Origin: Massalongia carnosa
Lineage: Eukaryota
Assembly: GCA_965645245.1 (NCBI GenBank)
Contig: OZ287082.1
Coordinates: 1,426,001-1,490,000, forward strand
Direction: 5' to 3'
DNA length: 64,000 bases
Shown: positions 25,226 to 37,605 of the stretch, one piece after another
Layout: each line of letters opens with the position of its first letter
Numbering within the stretch: the first letter of the stretch is position 1
Translations under genes and position numbers: made by a program
Notes under the pieces: generated by a model
Database searches by the model: none
The model's input: only the letters and a program-made list of their open reading frames with translations
What the model was told of the DNA's origin: nothing

Positions 25226-26214
25226 CAACTTGTCCAAATTGAAATTGTGTATAAAGAACAGGGTTTGTTTTCCAAAAGGGTGCGGATATTGCTACACTTG
25301 CTTTGATAAAACTACGAGTTTGGCGGCATCTCGTTCTACAACTTCGTTCGCGTACTCATTGCATCATCCTCAATGGATAGTCCCCATTTAAGTATGCTAC
25401 ACTTAAGTGAGATTGTTACATCTTTGAACGAAACTGATTGATTGAACACAAGATAACGTAGAACCACGCAAGCACTTAAGCATGTAATTCGAAGATGGTT
25501 ATGCTGTGGAAAGTCACGTTTAAGACTTTCGTCATGTATGAGCTTGATGTAAGAGAAGCTGATAAACGAACTGATTGATACATGCACAAGTACAGTACAC
25601 CACCATCACCTGACAACTATATAACCCTACTTGATTCATATACTGAGGCTTAGCTTTAGGTTTACACGCCCAACTACTCTTCAATTTGACGACGGTTTAG
25701 AATGAATGCATGGTTGAATAACTCTCTACCAAATGCCTAAATGGCCCAAATGCCTTCTAAAGTTCAATACATCCATTCACCATCTGAAGTTCGAACCCTC
25801 ATTGGAAGGTATATACGAGCTTAACATAATACCCCCTCACACTGGTCTGGACCAGCTCTAGACAGCGTAGCGATTGCAAAACTTGATTGTCGAAGTGGCA
25901 GAGGTTCCACTGGGATGTTGCCTAAGAGTCATTGTCCGTTATAGAATTCAAAATGTAAAACACTTTTCACACGGTGCAATTCTCCTATGGCTACCAAAAT
26001 CAAACACATAACTCCCAAAATCCAAAAATAGACCACTTTAAAGCTTCAGCGATCCTTTTGGAGTTGATGTGAAAGAATTCTGGGCGAATCAGACGGAAAA
26101 GTCATGGCAAAAGACCGTGATAACTCAATATCCGCTAGAATCCACTGTTGAATGTACACTGACCTCAAAATGCCAACCGCTGACTGATAGCGATGGAAGG
26201 TGCCTTTGGGAGAG

Positions 26215-26553
26215 TCAGTACCATAATGACAGGATGTGCAAAACGAGGAGCTTAGAATCGAGGTTTCTCGATGGCGTGATCGTCATTGGTGCGCTTGCCT
26301 TTCTCTCTTTGGCCCATAGATCCTCATTTGAGATACCTTCATCATCTTCTTTACCAGTAAAGAAGAAGGAAAATGCGAAGGCTAGAACTAGCGGGAAAGC
26401 TAGGATAATGAGGCCAAGCAATAGCTGCGCTATGGATATAACTATATGGGGAAAATCTCCACTAACGTAACTTGAGAATGGTGTCGATCCCATTAGGAGA
26501 AACGAATGTGAGCTTGCCAATGTGATATTGCCATAACAAACATGATCTCCCAT
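26215..26553 (-). CDS. Possible small membrane protein or gene remnant
   Basis: ATG-initiated 112-aa ORF with one long hydrophobic segment followed by an acidic stretch. No recognisable family. Confidence 0.25.
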   Translation of the reverse strand: MGDHVCYGNITLASSHSFLLMGSTPFSSYVSGDFPHIVISIAQLLLGLIILAFPLVLAFAFSFFFTGKEDDEGISNEDLWAKERKASAPMTITPSRNLDSKLLVLHILSLWY

Positions 26554-28630
26554 CTTTAAATATCATCGATCAGACTCTTTTAAGGCTAATATACACCACC
26601 TGACAAGGAGATGCGTCTCCTCTCCGCATGACTGGCTTTCGACATAACGTGAGGAGAATTCCTCGCCGCGAGGCTGCGTATAAGCACCGAGGACCTAGTA
26701 CTTGTACCTTTTCTCAAATGGGTATGCACGGAGTACTCTCGACATTAAAGCTCTACCTCCGAGACACCAAAGGAATAGCTGAATCTTGAATAACCGAAAC
26801 TACCACTCCGTCAGCAGGCATGCATTCATTCATGACCTTTCAAGTATGTTCAGCAGAAAATGTACCCTTCGCTAGGCTTATCTTTTTTTCTCACGTAAGG
26901 CAATGCAGCCGGGGTGGATCAAGCCAGTCCTGGGTCAGGTGGCACAAGGGGATGATTACTTGAAGTAAGTAAGGAAGAGGTACGTGACACAGTCAACGAC
27001 TGGGAGTTCCCGGTCGTGCCATAATGACATAAGTATCTATTTTTTTCCCTGGCATGTGGGTTGAGTTAAGTGAGATAAATGAAGGAGATGGGGACTTTAG
27101 AAGTAGAAACCTCGGTGTTGAACGAGGCGTAGTATGAAGGCAATGAATGCACAGAAGTACTCATACAGAGTAGGAATGTAAAATGACATTGAACACAGTA
27201 ACGTTACGGTATTTTATAAGAGCTCGTTTCGATACATGTTCATGTCACGTACGGAGTAGAACTTTAAGACATGCATCGACAGGGCATTAGTAAGTCAACC
27301 AGTATTTATCGGTCTACAAGAGCTTCTTATAGCGAATTACCTAGGTGAAATATGTATATACTTATCTAGATCTCATCTACCTTTGCCGTTGACCCCATCT
27401 AAACACTCAATTTCTTGTACGGAGTAAGTACGGAGTATAGCAGCAGGGAAAAGGTGCCTTGCTGCTGAGAGACACGTTTAAAGAAGCGAATACTTCACCT
27501 ACTTGATATACATGTGAGCTATTGGACATCCGTTCGACCCAGACATCAGATGCGTGTCTCCTGGATCATTCTGATAAAAGAATCCCGCGTGGTACCGGTC
27601 TCAAGTTGCTGCTCACTGGAGGCGTAGCTCAACCGATTCTAAACTATCCTTTCCATCAGCTCCGCAATAAGCCACGATCCCCATTATTCATGTGCATTTT
27701 GTTGTTTCGTTGGTCGTTTCAATGAGGAAGCAGTGATAGGGCATAGCAAGCCCAGGAATCCTACTTGCTTGTTTTTTCTTTTCTAGTTCCTAATTTCGTC
27801 GTTTCCCCTGCAATGCACAACAGCCTTACATCTCACTTTCCCCTCCAAACTCTGCATTCCCATCACAATCGGTCTCAGTCAAGTGGCAATATTTCAGCAG
27901 AGCGAGGGCTTGGTATGCGCCTTTTCATGTTTGAATATCAGATGTATCCCGAAGCATGTTTCCATTCCCTCATAAGGACAAACCAGTACCCATTCCTTTT
28001 TGCTTGCATCATGTTGTCATACGGCAAGGCAGATCGAGTTCATAAGCAAGCTTTTCTACTACGTCACCGCAACAGATAGGAACCGTATTCTAAAGGTAGG
28101 CAACCTGTCAGGCGTTGAGGTGGGCGGAGGTCGTTAGTCTTCCTGACAGCCTCCAAAAAGTCAGGAGCCTTATGTTCTTGCCACCCTCAAGTAAAATCTC
28201 ACTAGCATCAGCCTTAATTATTTTTAAGCCGCGCCGGAAATACACAACGGCGCGGCTTTGCATATCCACATAATCGCCGCAGATAATCAAAACTAGACTG
28301 AGGTACAATTTCGGAAGACTCTGTAACAGGAAAGGGGTGAAATAGTCGATATTCGAGGTTTAATGATGGCATTGTACAATTCTAGGGCATGCCAGAGACT
28401 TTTGACCAAGTCAGCCTTGTCGATTGATATCTGGATTTACCCTTGTATGAGGGGTATACGACCGCAATACGCGTATGACTCTACCCTTCGATCGAGGGTG
28501 ATAATATCCTAGCTTCATTGAAAACTCTACGTCTTGAAGCATTTGTTTCCCTCTCCCTGTTGGCCGCATTCCTGAGTAAACAGTACTCGTGCTATCACTT
28601 TCGCCCTTTATCCTCCACCAGAATCGAATC

Positions 28631-29316
28631 ATGCGCTCTCATTTACTCTACCAATACCTAGCTGTTTTGTGCTTAATCGCCCCCTTATCCACCGCCCAGG
28701 ACCTTTCTAACCTCCCTCGTTGCGCTGTACGTGCCCACGTATTAGTTTCCTTCCCTTCCCATCTATATCCTTTTAACAAATCCTGAAATCGAGTTGACGA
28801 CGCAATTCTCACAGCAAACCCCCGCCCTATCAAGTATCAGCTCATCCGGCTGCCAGCTCAGCGACATCGCATGCATATGTAACAACACTGCTTTCATCAA
28901 CTCCCTCGGTCCTGTTATTCGGAAAGAGTGCTCAGCAGATGATATCCAGAGTTTGTTATTTTTTTTAGCTTTCCATTTTCTGCTTCCACCCCCCAAAAAG
29001 ACCATGCGCTGTTGCACGAGTTTTTTAAGCTGATTGCCACCTATGGGTAATAGAGGTTTCGGACTTTACAGCACAACTATGTGGAAGCGTGGGGGTTACG
29101 GTTAGCGGTCTTGCATCTGCGTCTGCATCAGGGATAACTTCACCAACGGGCGAGTCGAGTACTGCAGTTACAAGCGCGCCTGTTGCGAAAACAAGCTTGC
29201 TTACAAGTGGCCATGGGACTTCTACCGCCGTTCCGGTGACATATAGATGGCTTGTGGGGTTGCTGCTAGGGTTTAGCGCCGTTGAGTTTTGCGGGTTTTG
29301 GTTAGGGTGGATCTAA
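28631..29316 (+). CDS. Secreted, probably GPI-anchored CFEM-domain protein, 3 exons
   Basis: Signal peptide MRSHLLYQYLAVLCLIAPLSTAQ; LPRCA..GCQLSDIACIC....F..EC..LC; Ser/Thr-rich stalk; hydrophobic C-terminus. Introns ~28727-28815 and ~28952-29053. Confidence 0.85.
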
Positions 29317-30264
29317 GGCCGAAAGGGGAGGGCGATAATGCGTGGGTGGAAGAAGGGTGCGCTTCGTCAATTTTTGGTGGAAAGAATAGATCACACAACT
29401 AATTTCTTAAGGATCAAAATTTCAGATATAAAACATAGATGTGTGATTAATCATTCGACGAAAATACAGAGTCGTAAATTACGGCGCCAGTCGGAGTACG
29501 GAGTAAAGGTTAATGTAACCGCGACGGAGAGCGGCAAATTTTCTTTTTTCTAGGACAGCAGACTTGCTTTCACGTAACCCTGTTCATGTATATTGTATAT
29601 CACTCCTTTGAATTTTTGGGAATAGAATTAAAACATAGACGAAATTGGGTGTAGGTGAGATAGGCTGTCTCAGTACTAACAGGATGGCAGGAAAGCCGTT
29701 CAGCCTCACGGGCGAACAGCCATTACCACGTCGTTTCGCAACTTTTACTTCATCGGTTCAATCAAGGATGATGAGCTAGGGAGATAGGGACAAATCCATG
29801 CTTTATTTCTTGGGGATTGTCACACCGAAGTAAGACGAAAGATCAATACCCAATGCGAGGGAAACAGCTGGCCAGTGGTCAGAAATATGTACGGCACAGA
29901 AAAAGCGTCATTTGTATGGTGTATGCATGGAACATTGTGCCTCCTGCCTACCGGCAAACGCTAACGATGTTTGAAAGGGCTAATCAAGTAAATTGGTCTG
30001 ATCGAGAACAAGGCGTGGTACGCCTAAATTCGGACTTTCCAGATAGAGATGTACGTGACACTTGTCGATTTCACAGTAACATAACGGCACCGCGTTTATA
30101 TCAACTTATTCCTGCTCTTGGTTCTTCAGCATATGTTTTCTGCTTGCTTCGGTCAGTTTTTTGTATTATGTTTCTCCATCTAGTTGAATTCATAAACTGA
30201 ATGCGCTTCCTTAATCGCTCAAAATTTGGTCACCAATCGCTCTGAATACTCGCTGCCGCCAAAT

Positions 30265-32181
30265 ATGTCGTTTATAGCGACCATGTTAGCCAGTATCAGG
30301 ACTGCCAAATTCTTCCCCTTCCTCTTTGTCTTATTCGGGTCTCACACGGCTCAAGCAGCATTTTTATTTACAATCTTTCTCATACTCCCATGTATTTTGA
30401 TGTACTTTGTAACATGGCTACGCTTTACAACTCAGCGGTCGAGCAAAGAGTCTATTAAAGTGCCACCGACTGTCCCCTACATGGTCCCATTCCTTGGTAG
30501 CGCGTTTAGCTTTGCCCTTGATCCTGCCAAGTGTCTTTCCGCAACTTCGTACGTACAGAATCCTATCTAAGTTTCTGTTCGAGTCTGAAAATGTGGGTTA
30601 ATTTTCCTGTGACTATATAGCCAGACAGTCGGGTCACAAGCTGCATATGGCCTCAAAATCTTGAATAACACACTCTATTTCTTAAATGGGGCGGAAAATG
30701 TTGCATTGATCTGGAAATATAAGACGAGCATAACTACGCCTGGTGTGCAAACTTTCTGCCTCCTCAGCCTGTTCAAAATGTCTCCGAAAGCTGTCAACAT
30801 GTATAATCTAGATACTTCCGGAATTCAGTCAAAGCCTAATCCAGACAGCAAGGTGGCACCACACAACCGAATAGACTACCTTACCCATGCGGGTTTTCAT
30901 AAGCTATTAAGTGGCGACGGACTTTCGAAGTTCTATCGACGTTGGTCAACAGACTTCGTTGGTCGTCTGCCAGCTCTAGGTATTACACACGAGTGGGTTG
31001 TGAATCCAGACATCATGGATTTTTGGATATCGCCGTTGACCGCCTCGTTGAATGAAGCTTTAACCGGACCGATTTTAGAATGCGTGAATCCGAATTTCAC
31101 TCGGGAATTTAACAGGTACATTCCCTTTGTTCACGGCCTTATGAAAGGCCTTCCAAGATGGCTTCTTCCTGAAGCCTTTACCCTCCGAGATCGTCTCATC
31201 GGAAATGTCAAGCAATGGCACGCAATAGCAAGGGCACGGTTTAGGGATTCTGATCTGGATGAAGATGGAGACGCCGACCCCTGGTGGGGTTGCGCAGCTA
31301 TGAGAGAGCGCCAAAAGACCCTGGGAAGAGTAGAAAATTGGGATCATGATGCAATCGCATCATCTGATTTCGGGCTTCTCTGGGGGTAGGTTGACTTGAC
31401 CATTTATCCGCCACATCCTACTCCAAACGCTCCTTGCTAATCATGATTTTCATTAAGGGCAAACATTAATGTCCACACCGCGGCCATCTGGGCCATTGTG
31501 GAGATCTTCAGGGACAAGACTCTTTTATCCAGAGTTCGTGCGGAGCTCGAAGCAGCAGGCTTTACAGGGATTACATCTAGCCAAGAAATCGACAAACTGC
31601 TTTCTCTCCCTCTCTTACAGTCCGTGCACGCAGAAGTGCTCCGTCTTCGTGTTGAGGTACAATCTGTTTTTTACAGCGAACGAGAAGACATTCACATTAA
31701 CGAGTGGCGCTTCCCAAAGAAAAACATCGTTCTCGTCCCTACCGGGGTTGCTCATAGGGATAAAAGCTTCTGGAATACGCGCGACGGGGCCCATCCCGTC
31801 GACAAGTTCTGGGCGGATCGATTTCTCGTCTATCCCAACGACCCTCTCAGTGGGCCCGAGAGAAAGACTGTTGCCGCTCTTGATAGAGCTAAGCAGAAGA
31901 AGACACAGAATGTCAAAGATTCCGGCGTACCGAAGTTCATCAGCTCAGGCTTGGCCGACTCATTCATGCCGTTCGGCGTCGGCGAACGGACATGCCCTGG
32001 TCGTTTCTTTGCCCGACGAGAGATGGTGGGCTTCTGCGCTCAGATAGTCCATGAGCTTGACATAGAAATCCTCTCAACCGAGGAGGAGTTTGAAATGAGT
32101 CCAGAATTTTACGGCCTGGGCACTCAGCGTCCGCTTCGGAGCATCCCCTTTAGAATGAGAAGGAGGACTAGCGAGTACTGA
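30265..32181 (+). CDS. Cytochrome P450 (CYP7/8-like group), 3 exons
   Basis: N-terminal TM and PPTVPYMVPFLG; EVLR (ExxR); FWADRF; heme motif PFGVGERTCPG. Introns 30549-30620 and 31386-31457. Confidence 0.92.
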
Positions 32182-33289
32182 CACGGCGAAGTAATGTTGC
32201 GTGTACGCGAAACGTAATGGAGTACGGACTCCTTTTATTTGAGATGGCTTTTGAGATTACGGCCGCTACTACGAGTAGGAGTATATGTCGGACTACAAGC
32301 ACAAGCACATGCATACACGATCTCTAACTCTATTTCCATCGCTTACCGACGATATTTTAATGACCCATTCGGAGTAGAGGTGCTTCAATCAAGTGCTGGG
32401 AGCTCGATTCTCACTACCACCGGTTCAAATTCAACTTCATGGGAAGTGGTGACTCCAGATGCTGAGTACAAGTACAAGTACATATGTAGTTTTCAATTGT
32501 ACATACTGTATTGTAATGGTCTGCACAGAACATGCGGCTCAGCTGATGAAATCCGAGTAACAATTGTGCCGCAGCATCACTGCAATAGTGTTCCATCTCA
32601 CAAGTGCTCCGTACGGTATAGTACGTCCACTTGGTGGGTGGCACAACATGACAGCAAACGATGCATAGCGGCGGGATCATCGCGCAGTCAAAATCATTTG
32701 CCGTGCTTGTATACGTCGTCTGCTGTACTTGTACATGCACGACACTCTGCTATGCAGTCCGAGCATGCATCAAACGCGGAAGATGCACAAAAGGGTTGCG
32801 CTGATTGCTACCTGCGGCGTGGCTTCAGGAGTGTGCGTGCACAGCCTTGCGATATTCGGTGTTCGCTTTGTATTGGATGATTTGTTTCGATTTCTCTGAT
32901 GAACCAGAGGCCATCTTATTCTTAATTACAGTTGAGTCGGGCGTAGCTGACATCAGCATTGAACGGTATACTGTAACGTATTGTCTGTAATCTTTCTGCT
33001 GAGAAAGAAACCAAACGCCTTTTTCCTTACCAGTTATTGTTATTTTCAGTATTATATACATCCTCTTACATTGGACAATCACCGTTTTCAACTAGGCGAA
33101 GGTTTATCGTGATGGACCTCCCGGATTATCCTCAAAAAGGCTATAAAGAGCAAACATCCTAAAACATGGTCTTCCTACTTTAAAGCTTCGAGATTGACTG
33201 TTTTCGCCTGCCTGACACCTTCAGTACGCCGATGCACTTGTTGGACCTAGCTTATGCTTAATTCAGCCTGAGTAGTTACGCCAGGAATT

Positions 33290-35046
33290 ATGGCCTCCGA
33301 CGGATCCATTTACATGGGGCCAGTTGGCACTGCCACACTTATCGTGCTCGCGACTTTGATCGCGTACTTTTTCACAAAGTTGTATCAGGCTCGCATGTTG
33401 ATAGTCGACCGACAGAAGAGAGGATTGGTGCGAGACAGCCTATCTCGAGCGAAATCAGCCTGCTAACAACCCCCAGCCTGTAGCTCCTGGCCATAGTTTT
33501 GTTTGGGGGCATCTGCTGTATCTCAAGGGCGTCATAGATGCGCTGCCCAAGGGCGCACACTATCAGTACGCGTTTGGTGATGTCGCTCGAAAGCACTTCG
33601 CCAAGGAAGGGGTTTTCTACATTGATCTTTGGCCCCTCAGTGGATTATTTCTTACTGTTATATCGCCGGATGTAGCTATTCAAGCGACGCAGACGGATAC
33701 AACTCTTGCCCTGGAAAGGCCATATCTGCTGCGCCGCTTCTTCAAGCCTATTGCAGGAGGGTTGAATTTGTTTGATCTACCCGAGAAAGAGTGGAAGCCG
33801 TGGCGAGCGGTTTTCAGCAAGGGCTTCGGCTCCGATCACATCATCTCACTTGTTCCGGGCATGGTTAGAGAAGCATCTGTTTATTGCGAAACCTTGCGGG
33901 GTCTTGCCCGGAAAGGAGATATGTTTTATCTGGATCCTACGACTTTACGTTTCACAATGGATCTGATTGGGAGAACAATCTTGTGAGATATATCATTCGT
34001 CATTATTCTGCTACGATGGAACTGACCCTACAATCAGGAACACTTCACTAGGAGCTCAAAACGGCTATAATACGCTAGCCGATTGTATGTTAAGCCAGAT
34101 TCGTTGGCACCAGCCTAATGCTAGCACGAGTCCTTTGGAATACTGCAATCTTGCCCGTTGGTACATGCACTGGTGGAACAGCCGACAAATGAATAGATAT
34201 ATCGGAGAAGAGCTTGATATGCGATACAATGAATACCGAGCCGACCCAGGTAGCAGTCGGACCAAGGCGGTGATCGATCTTGTCTTGCAGGCCTACATCC
34301 CAGTGGACGCTAAAGCAATGCCGGAAAAGCTCGATCCAGAATTCCGAGCGTTTGCAACAAGGCAAATCCGTTTATTTGTGTTCGCCGGTCATGACTCCAC
34401 CAGTAGCACGATTTGTTATATCATTCACCTTTTAGCGACCAATCGAGAGGCCCTGGCCCGCATTCGTGCCGAACACAACGAGGTTTTCGGGAGCGACTTG
34501 TTGGCAGTCACATCCATGCTCGAAAAGGAGCCTCATTTAATCAATAATTTACCATATACCGCTGCTGTTATCAAAGAGGCGCTGAGGCTTTTTACTCCCG
34601 CCGGGTGCAGTCGTGCAGGCAAACCAGGTATCAGCATTATCGATGACCAGGGCAATCAATGTCCAACCGACCACGCCGTGGTCTGGATTGTTCACGTGGA
34701 AATGCATCGCGCAGCGAAATATTGGAAACATCCTGACAAATTTCTCCCCGAACGCTGGCTCGCGGAGCAAGGTGACGAGCTTTACCCCATGAAAGGCGCA
34801 TGGCGGTCTTTCGAACATGGGCCCAGGAATTGCATTGCACAGGGCCTGGTAATGACGGAACTACGGACGGTTCTGGCGTTGATTGTCCGCGAATTCGAAT
34901 TCAAGCCCGCGTATGATGAATGGGACAGGCTGCATCATGGAAAGAAAATTCCGACCTATAGAGGAGAAAGGGCTTATCAGATTGAAGAAGGCGCAGCACA
35001 TCCCGTAAATCGTTATCCATGCCGAGTATTTTTGAGGGAGGAATGA
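33290..35046 (+). CDS. Cytochrome P450 (resembles VerA/AflN-StcS-like monooxygenases), 3 exons
   Basis: TM anchor; FAGHDSTS I-helix; KEALR; FLPERW; heme motif SFEHGPRNCIAQ. Introns ~33429-33477 and ~33983-34037. Subfamily assignment is from motif resemblance only. Confidence 0.9.
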
Positions 35047-35332
35047 AGGAGGATACTTGAACCGGTAGAGGAAAAGGATCGTTGAGATGTGGATATAAGT
35101 GTGATTCGAGCTAAATTAATAAATAGAAAGATGAATGATGCAAGCTGGAAAAATCATGTAAAACGTGTTTGATAAACGTAAACTAAATAATGTTTCATAA
35201 TAGTCATATTTCCGAAACCGTAGTTTTCTTTATAAATTTCTCCCATTTCTTCAAATCCCTCTTGACTCTTTAATCGTCGGCTCGCTTACCTCCGGGATCC
35301 GACTTGAAAAATGTCGACCGCATTTTAATCGG

Positions 35333-35422
35333 GGAAAGCGGTTGCATCCCGGAAAGCGGTTGCATCCCGGAAAGCGGTTGCATCCCGGAAAGCGGTTGCA
35401 TCCCGGAAAGCGGTTGCATCCC
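35333..35422 (+). repeat. Five perfect 18-bp tandem repeats GGAAAGCGGTTGCATCCC in the transposon end
   Basis: Directly visible. Only one partial unit is present in the opposite TIR. Confidence 0.95.
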
Positions 35423-35616
35423 CCCAAATTCAAATTTCTTCATCTTTTTGATCATTGACCAACAACCACATTGATTAAAAATCAGCCGATACCGTACATA
35501 GCTTGAAAATCATCGCCGTCATCATCACCGTCGTCAAAATCATTTCCCTTGACTCCCCTGACCCCCTGACCCTCGTGATTCTCCGCTTACTCCGCATACC
35601 CCGCATACCCCGCATT

Positions 35617-37605
35617 CTAACAATCATTCGCATCTCCTGGTTGAAAAGATGCTTCCGAATCGAATTCTTTCAATGATTCTTCCAAATCGAAAGATACGAA
35701 ATCATCTCGTAGCCATGTTTCTCCTTCTGGAAGATCTGGAAGGATTGAATTATCCCCATGACCAGTGCTATCTACGATAAACGTGACATCTTCCTCATTG
35801 ACATTGGCACGCGGATTCTTTCTAATTTCCTTCTTCGCTTCCTCAGCTATCCATACCTCATTCGTGGCCTTCCATAATGCCTCGGGGTCAGGAATCTTCT
35901 CATACATCTTAATTGGAATGGGACCGAGCATTTTCTGCATTTCTTTCAGCTGTTTAACTCGATCTCTTTCTGCTTATCGAGCAGCCAATCCCTTGACATG
36001 CATTTCGTCTCTTTCTATTCGCCATAGCTTCATGAAGCTATTATTCGCTCGTTTCTCCTCAGCCTCTTGATCCTGTTGTAGTCTGATGGCTATAGCCTGC
36101 TTTGCATCTTCCGCTGTGATTCCCAATCTTCCGGTTTCTGGTCTCAGACGTTTACGAGACATTCGTCTGTTATTTAACTGACTTCTTCTTGATTCTCGAT
36201 GCATTTCCAGCTCCGTGCCATCGATAATTGCATTCGAAACAACTTCATTTGTATTGTCTACAAATGAGTCCCATTCCTCAGCCCGAGCGGGATCACTCCA
36301 TTGCATGGATTTTCTGATTTTCGGTCCCCATTGACTCAAACCATACTCAATGTCAGCTACTTTTGTCGGTTGGATTTGACGAGGTAGGGGTAGAGGTAAT
36401 GAGGGCTCATTATTCAGACTGTTTAATGAATCATTGGGATCATTGGGATTGAAATTTTTCAGCTGACGAATGCATGCCTTTGGATCAATCGGCCACATTC
36501 CCGACTTTTCAAATGCATGCCGAATCGTAGAAGTCTTGAATGTATGATTTCTGATTTTGGTCAAGTCCTGTATAAATTGAGACAGAGAATACTCGACAAA
36601 TGACGACGCAACGACTTCCTCAATAGCTTTGCAATGCCAATGCTTATAAGGCTGAAATACGCCCACATCCAATGTTTGCATGCAATGAGTTAAATGCGGT
36701 ATAAAGGGAAAGGGTCGAATGCGATTCTCATTGGCCAAAAGTGAAAATTCAGGGGTTGTATGACTGCCATGATTATCCATCAGCAATAATTGCCATTCCG
36801 CATCAGGTCCTGCATTTGTATGTTTGATAAGATGCTTCAAATATTCAATTGCTATCTTATCAGATGTAAAACCACTGTTCGAGGGCACGACATACGTGCC
36901 CTCGGGCACACCTTCTAAAAACCATGTGGCCATGATGTCATGACCCTGTACGATGATCATTGGAGGGGGGGGATAGTCGCCGGCAGCATTGATAGTCTCA
37001 ATAACTGTCGCAGATCTGCGATTTTCCGGGCTGACGGCGTAGAATTGTTTGATTTCCTGACCCCTCATGCATCCAACCCGAAAACCAGCTTCATCAAAGT
37101 TCAAAATGTTCCGACTTTTTCGAATTTTCAACTCTTTCAACACCTCTCTATACCTTTCAAACCATTCTATCACATCTGATTCTTGGGCAGCTTCATAACG
37201 AATCATTGCTAGTGGTTTTGTCTTTATTTTATGAAGTTTGTTACATTTCCACCAGCTCCGAAACCATCTTCTTGACGGGCCTACCTCGAGGGGGTTATGG
37301 GCCTTTTTCAGACTTACAATAGCCTTGAAAACCATCTGATGTGTAGGAAGAATTCCATGCATCAATAAGGACTTAATAATGCCAGTAATTGACCTTGCCT
37401 CATGCTCCCTCAGTATCTGATTTTGTCCTCCATTTTTCCTCCCTTCTGGTCGACGAATGGAAGACGTCAAAGTTTTGACGTTGATATTGAAGATTCTAGC
37501 TGCAGTCGTTTTACTTTCTTTGGGATGATTTGTCAGAAATTCCTTCGCCTTTTCCAATCTTTCCATGGGGTTGAGAGTGGAGACAAGGGAGGCGTCGTTA
37601 TCCAT
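35617..37605 (-). pseudogene. Fot1/pogo DDE transposase with one in-frame premature stop
   Basis: NFDEAGF, LMDNHGSH and QTLDVGVF motifs. TAA at 35974-35976 is in frame with the downstream ORF 35617-35940. Confidence 0.85.

Noticed and set aside
27249..29505. Recurrent TACGGAGTA motif as a cluster-specific regulator site
   Set aside because: A common intergenic motif in filamentous ascomycetes; it also occurs inside the non-genic stretch at ~38193.
32239..32880. 213-aa ORF or possible hAT-like end between the two P450s
   Set aside because: TTG start, no motif, no convincing TIR pair or TSD.
35333..35422. Direct repeat array as a possible CRISPR, and the 60-aa repeat ORFs over it
   Set aside because: Head-to-tail repeats with no spacers, inside a eukaryotic transposon end. 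The ORFs are by-products of an 18-bp period.
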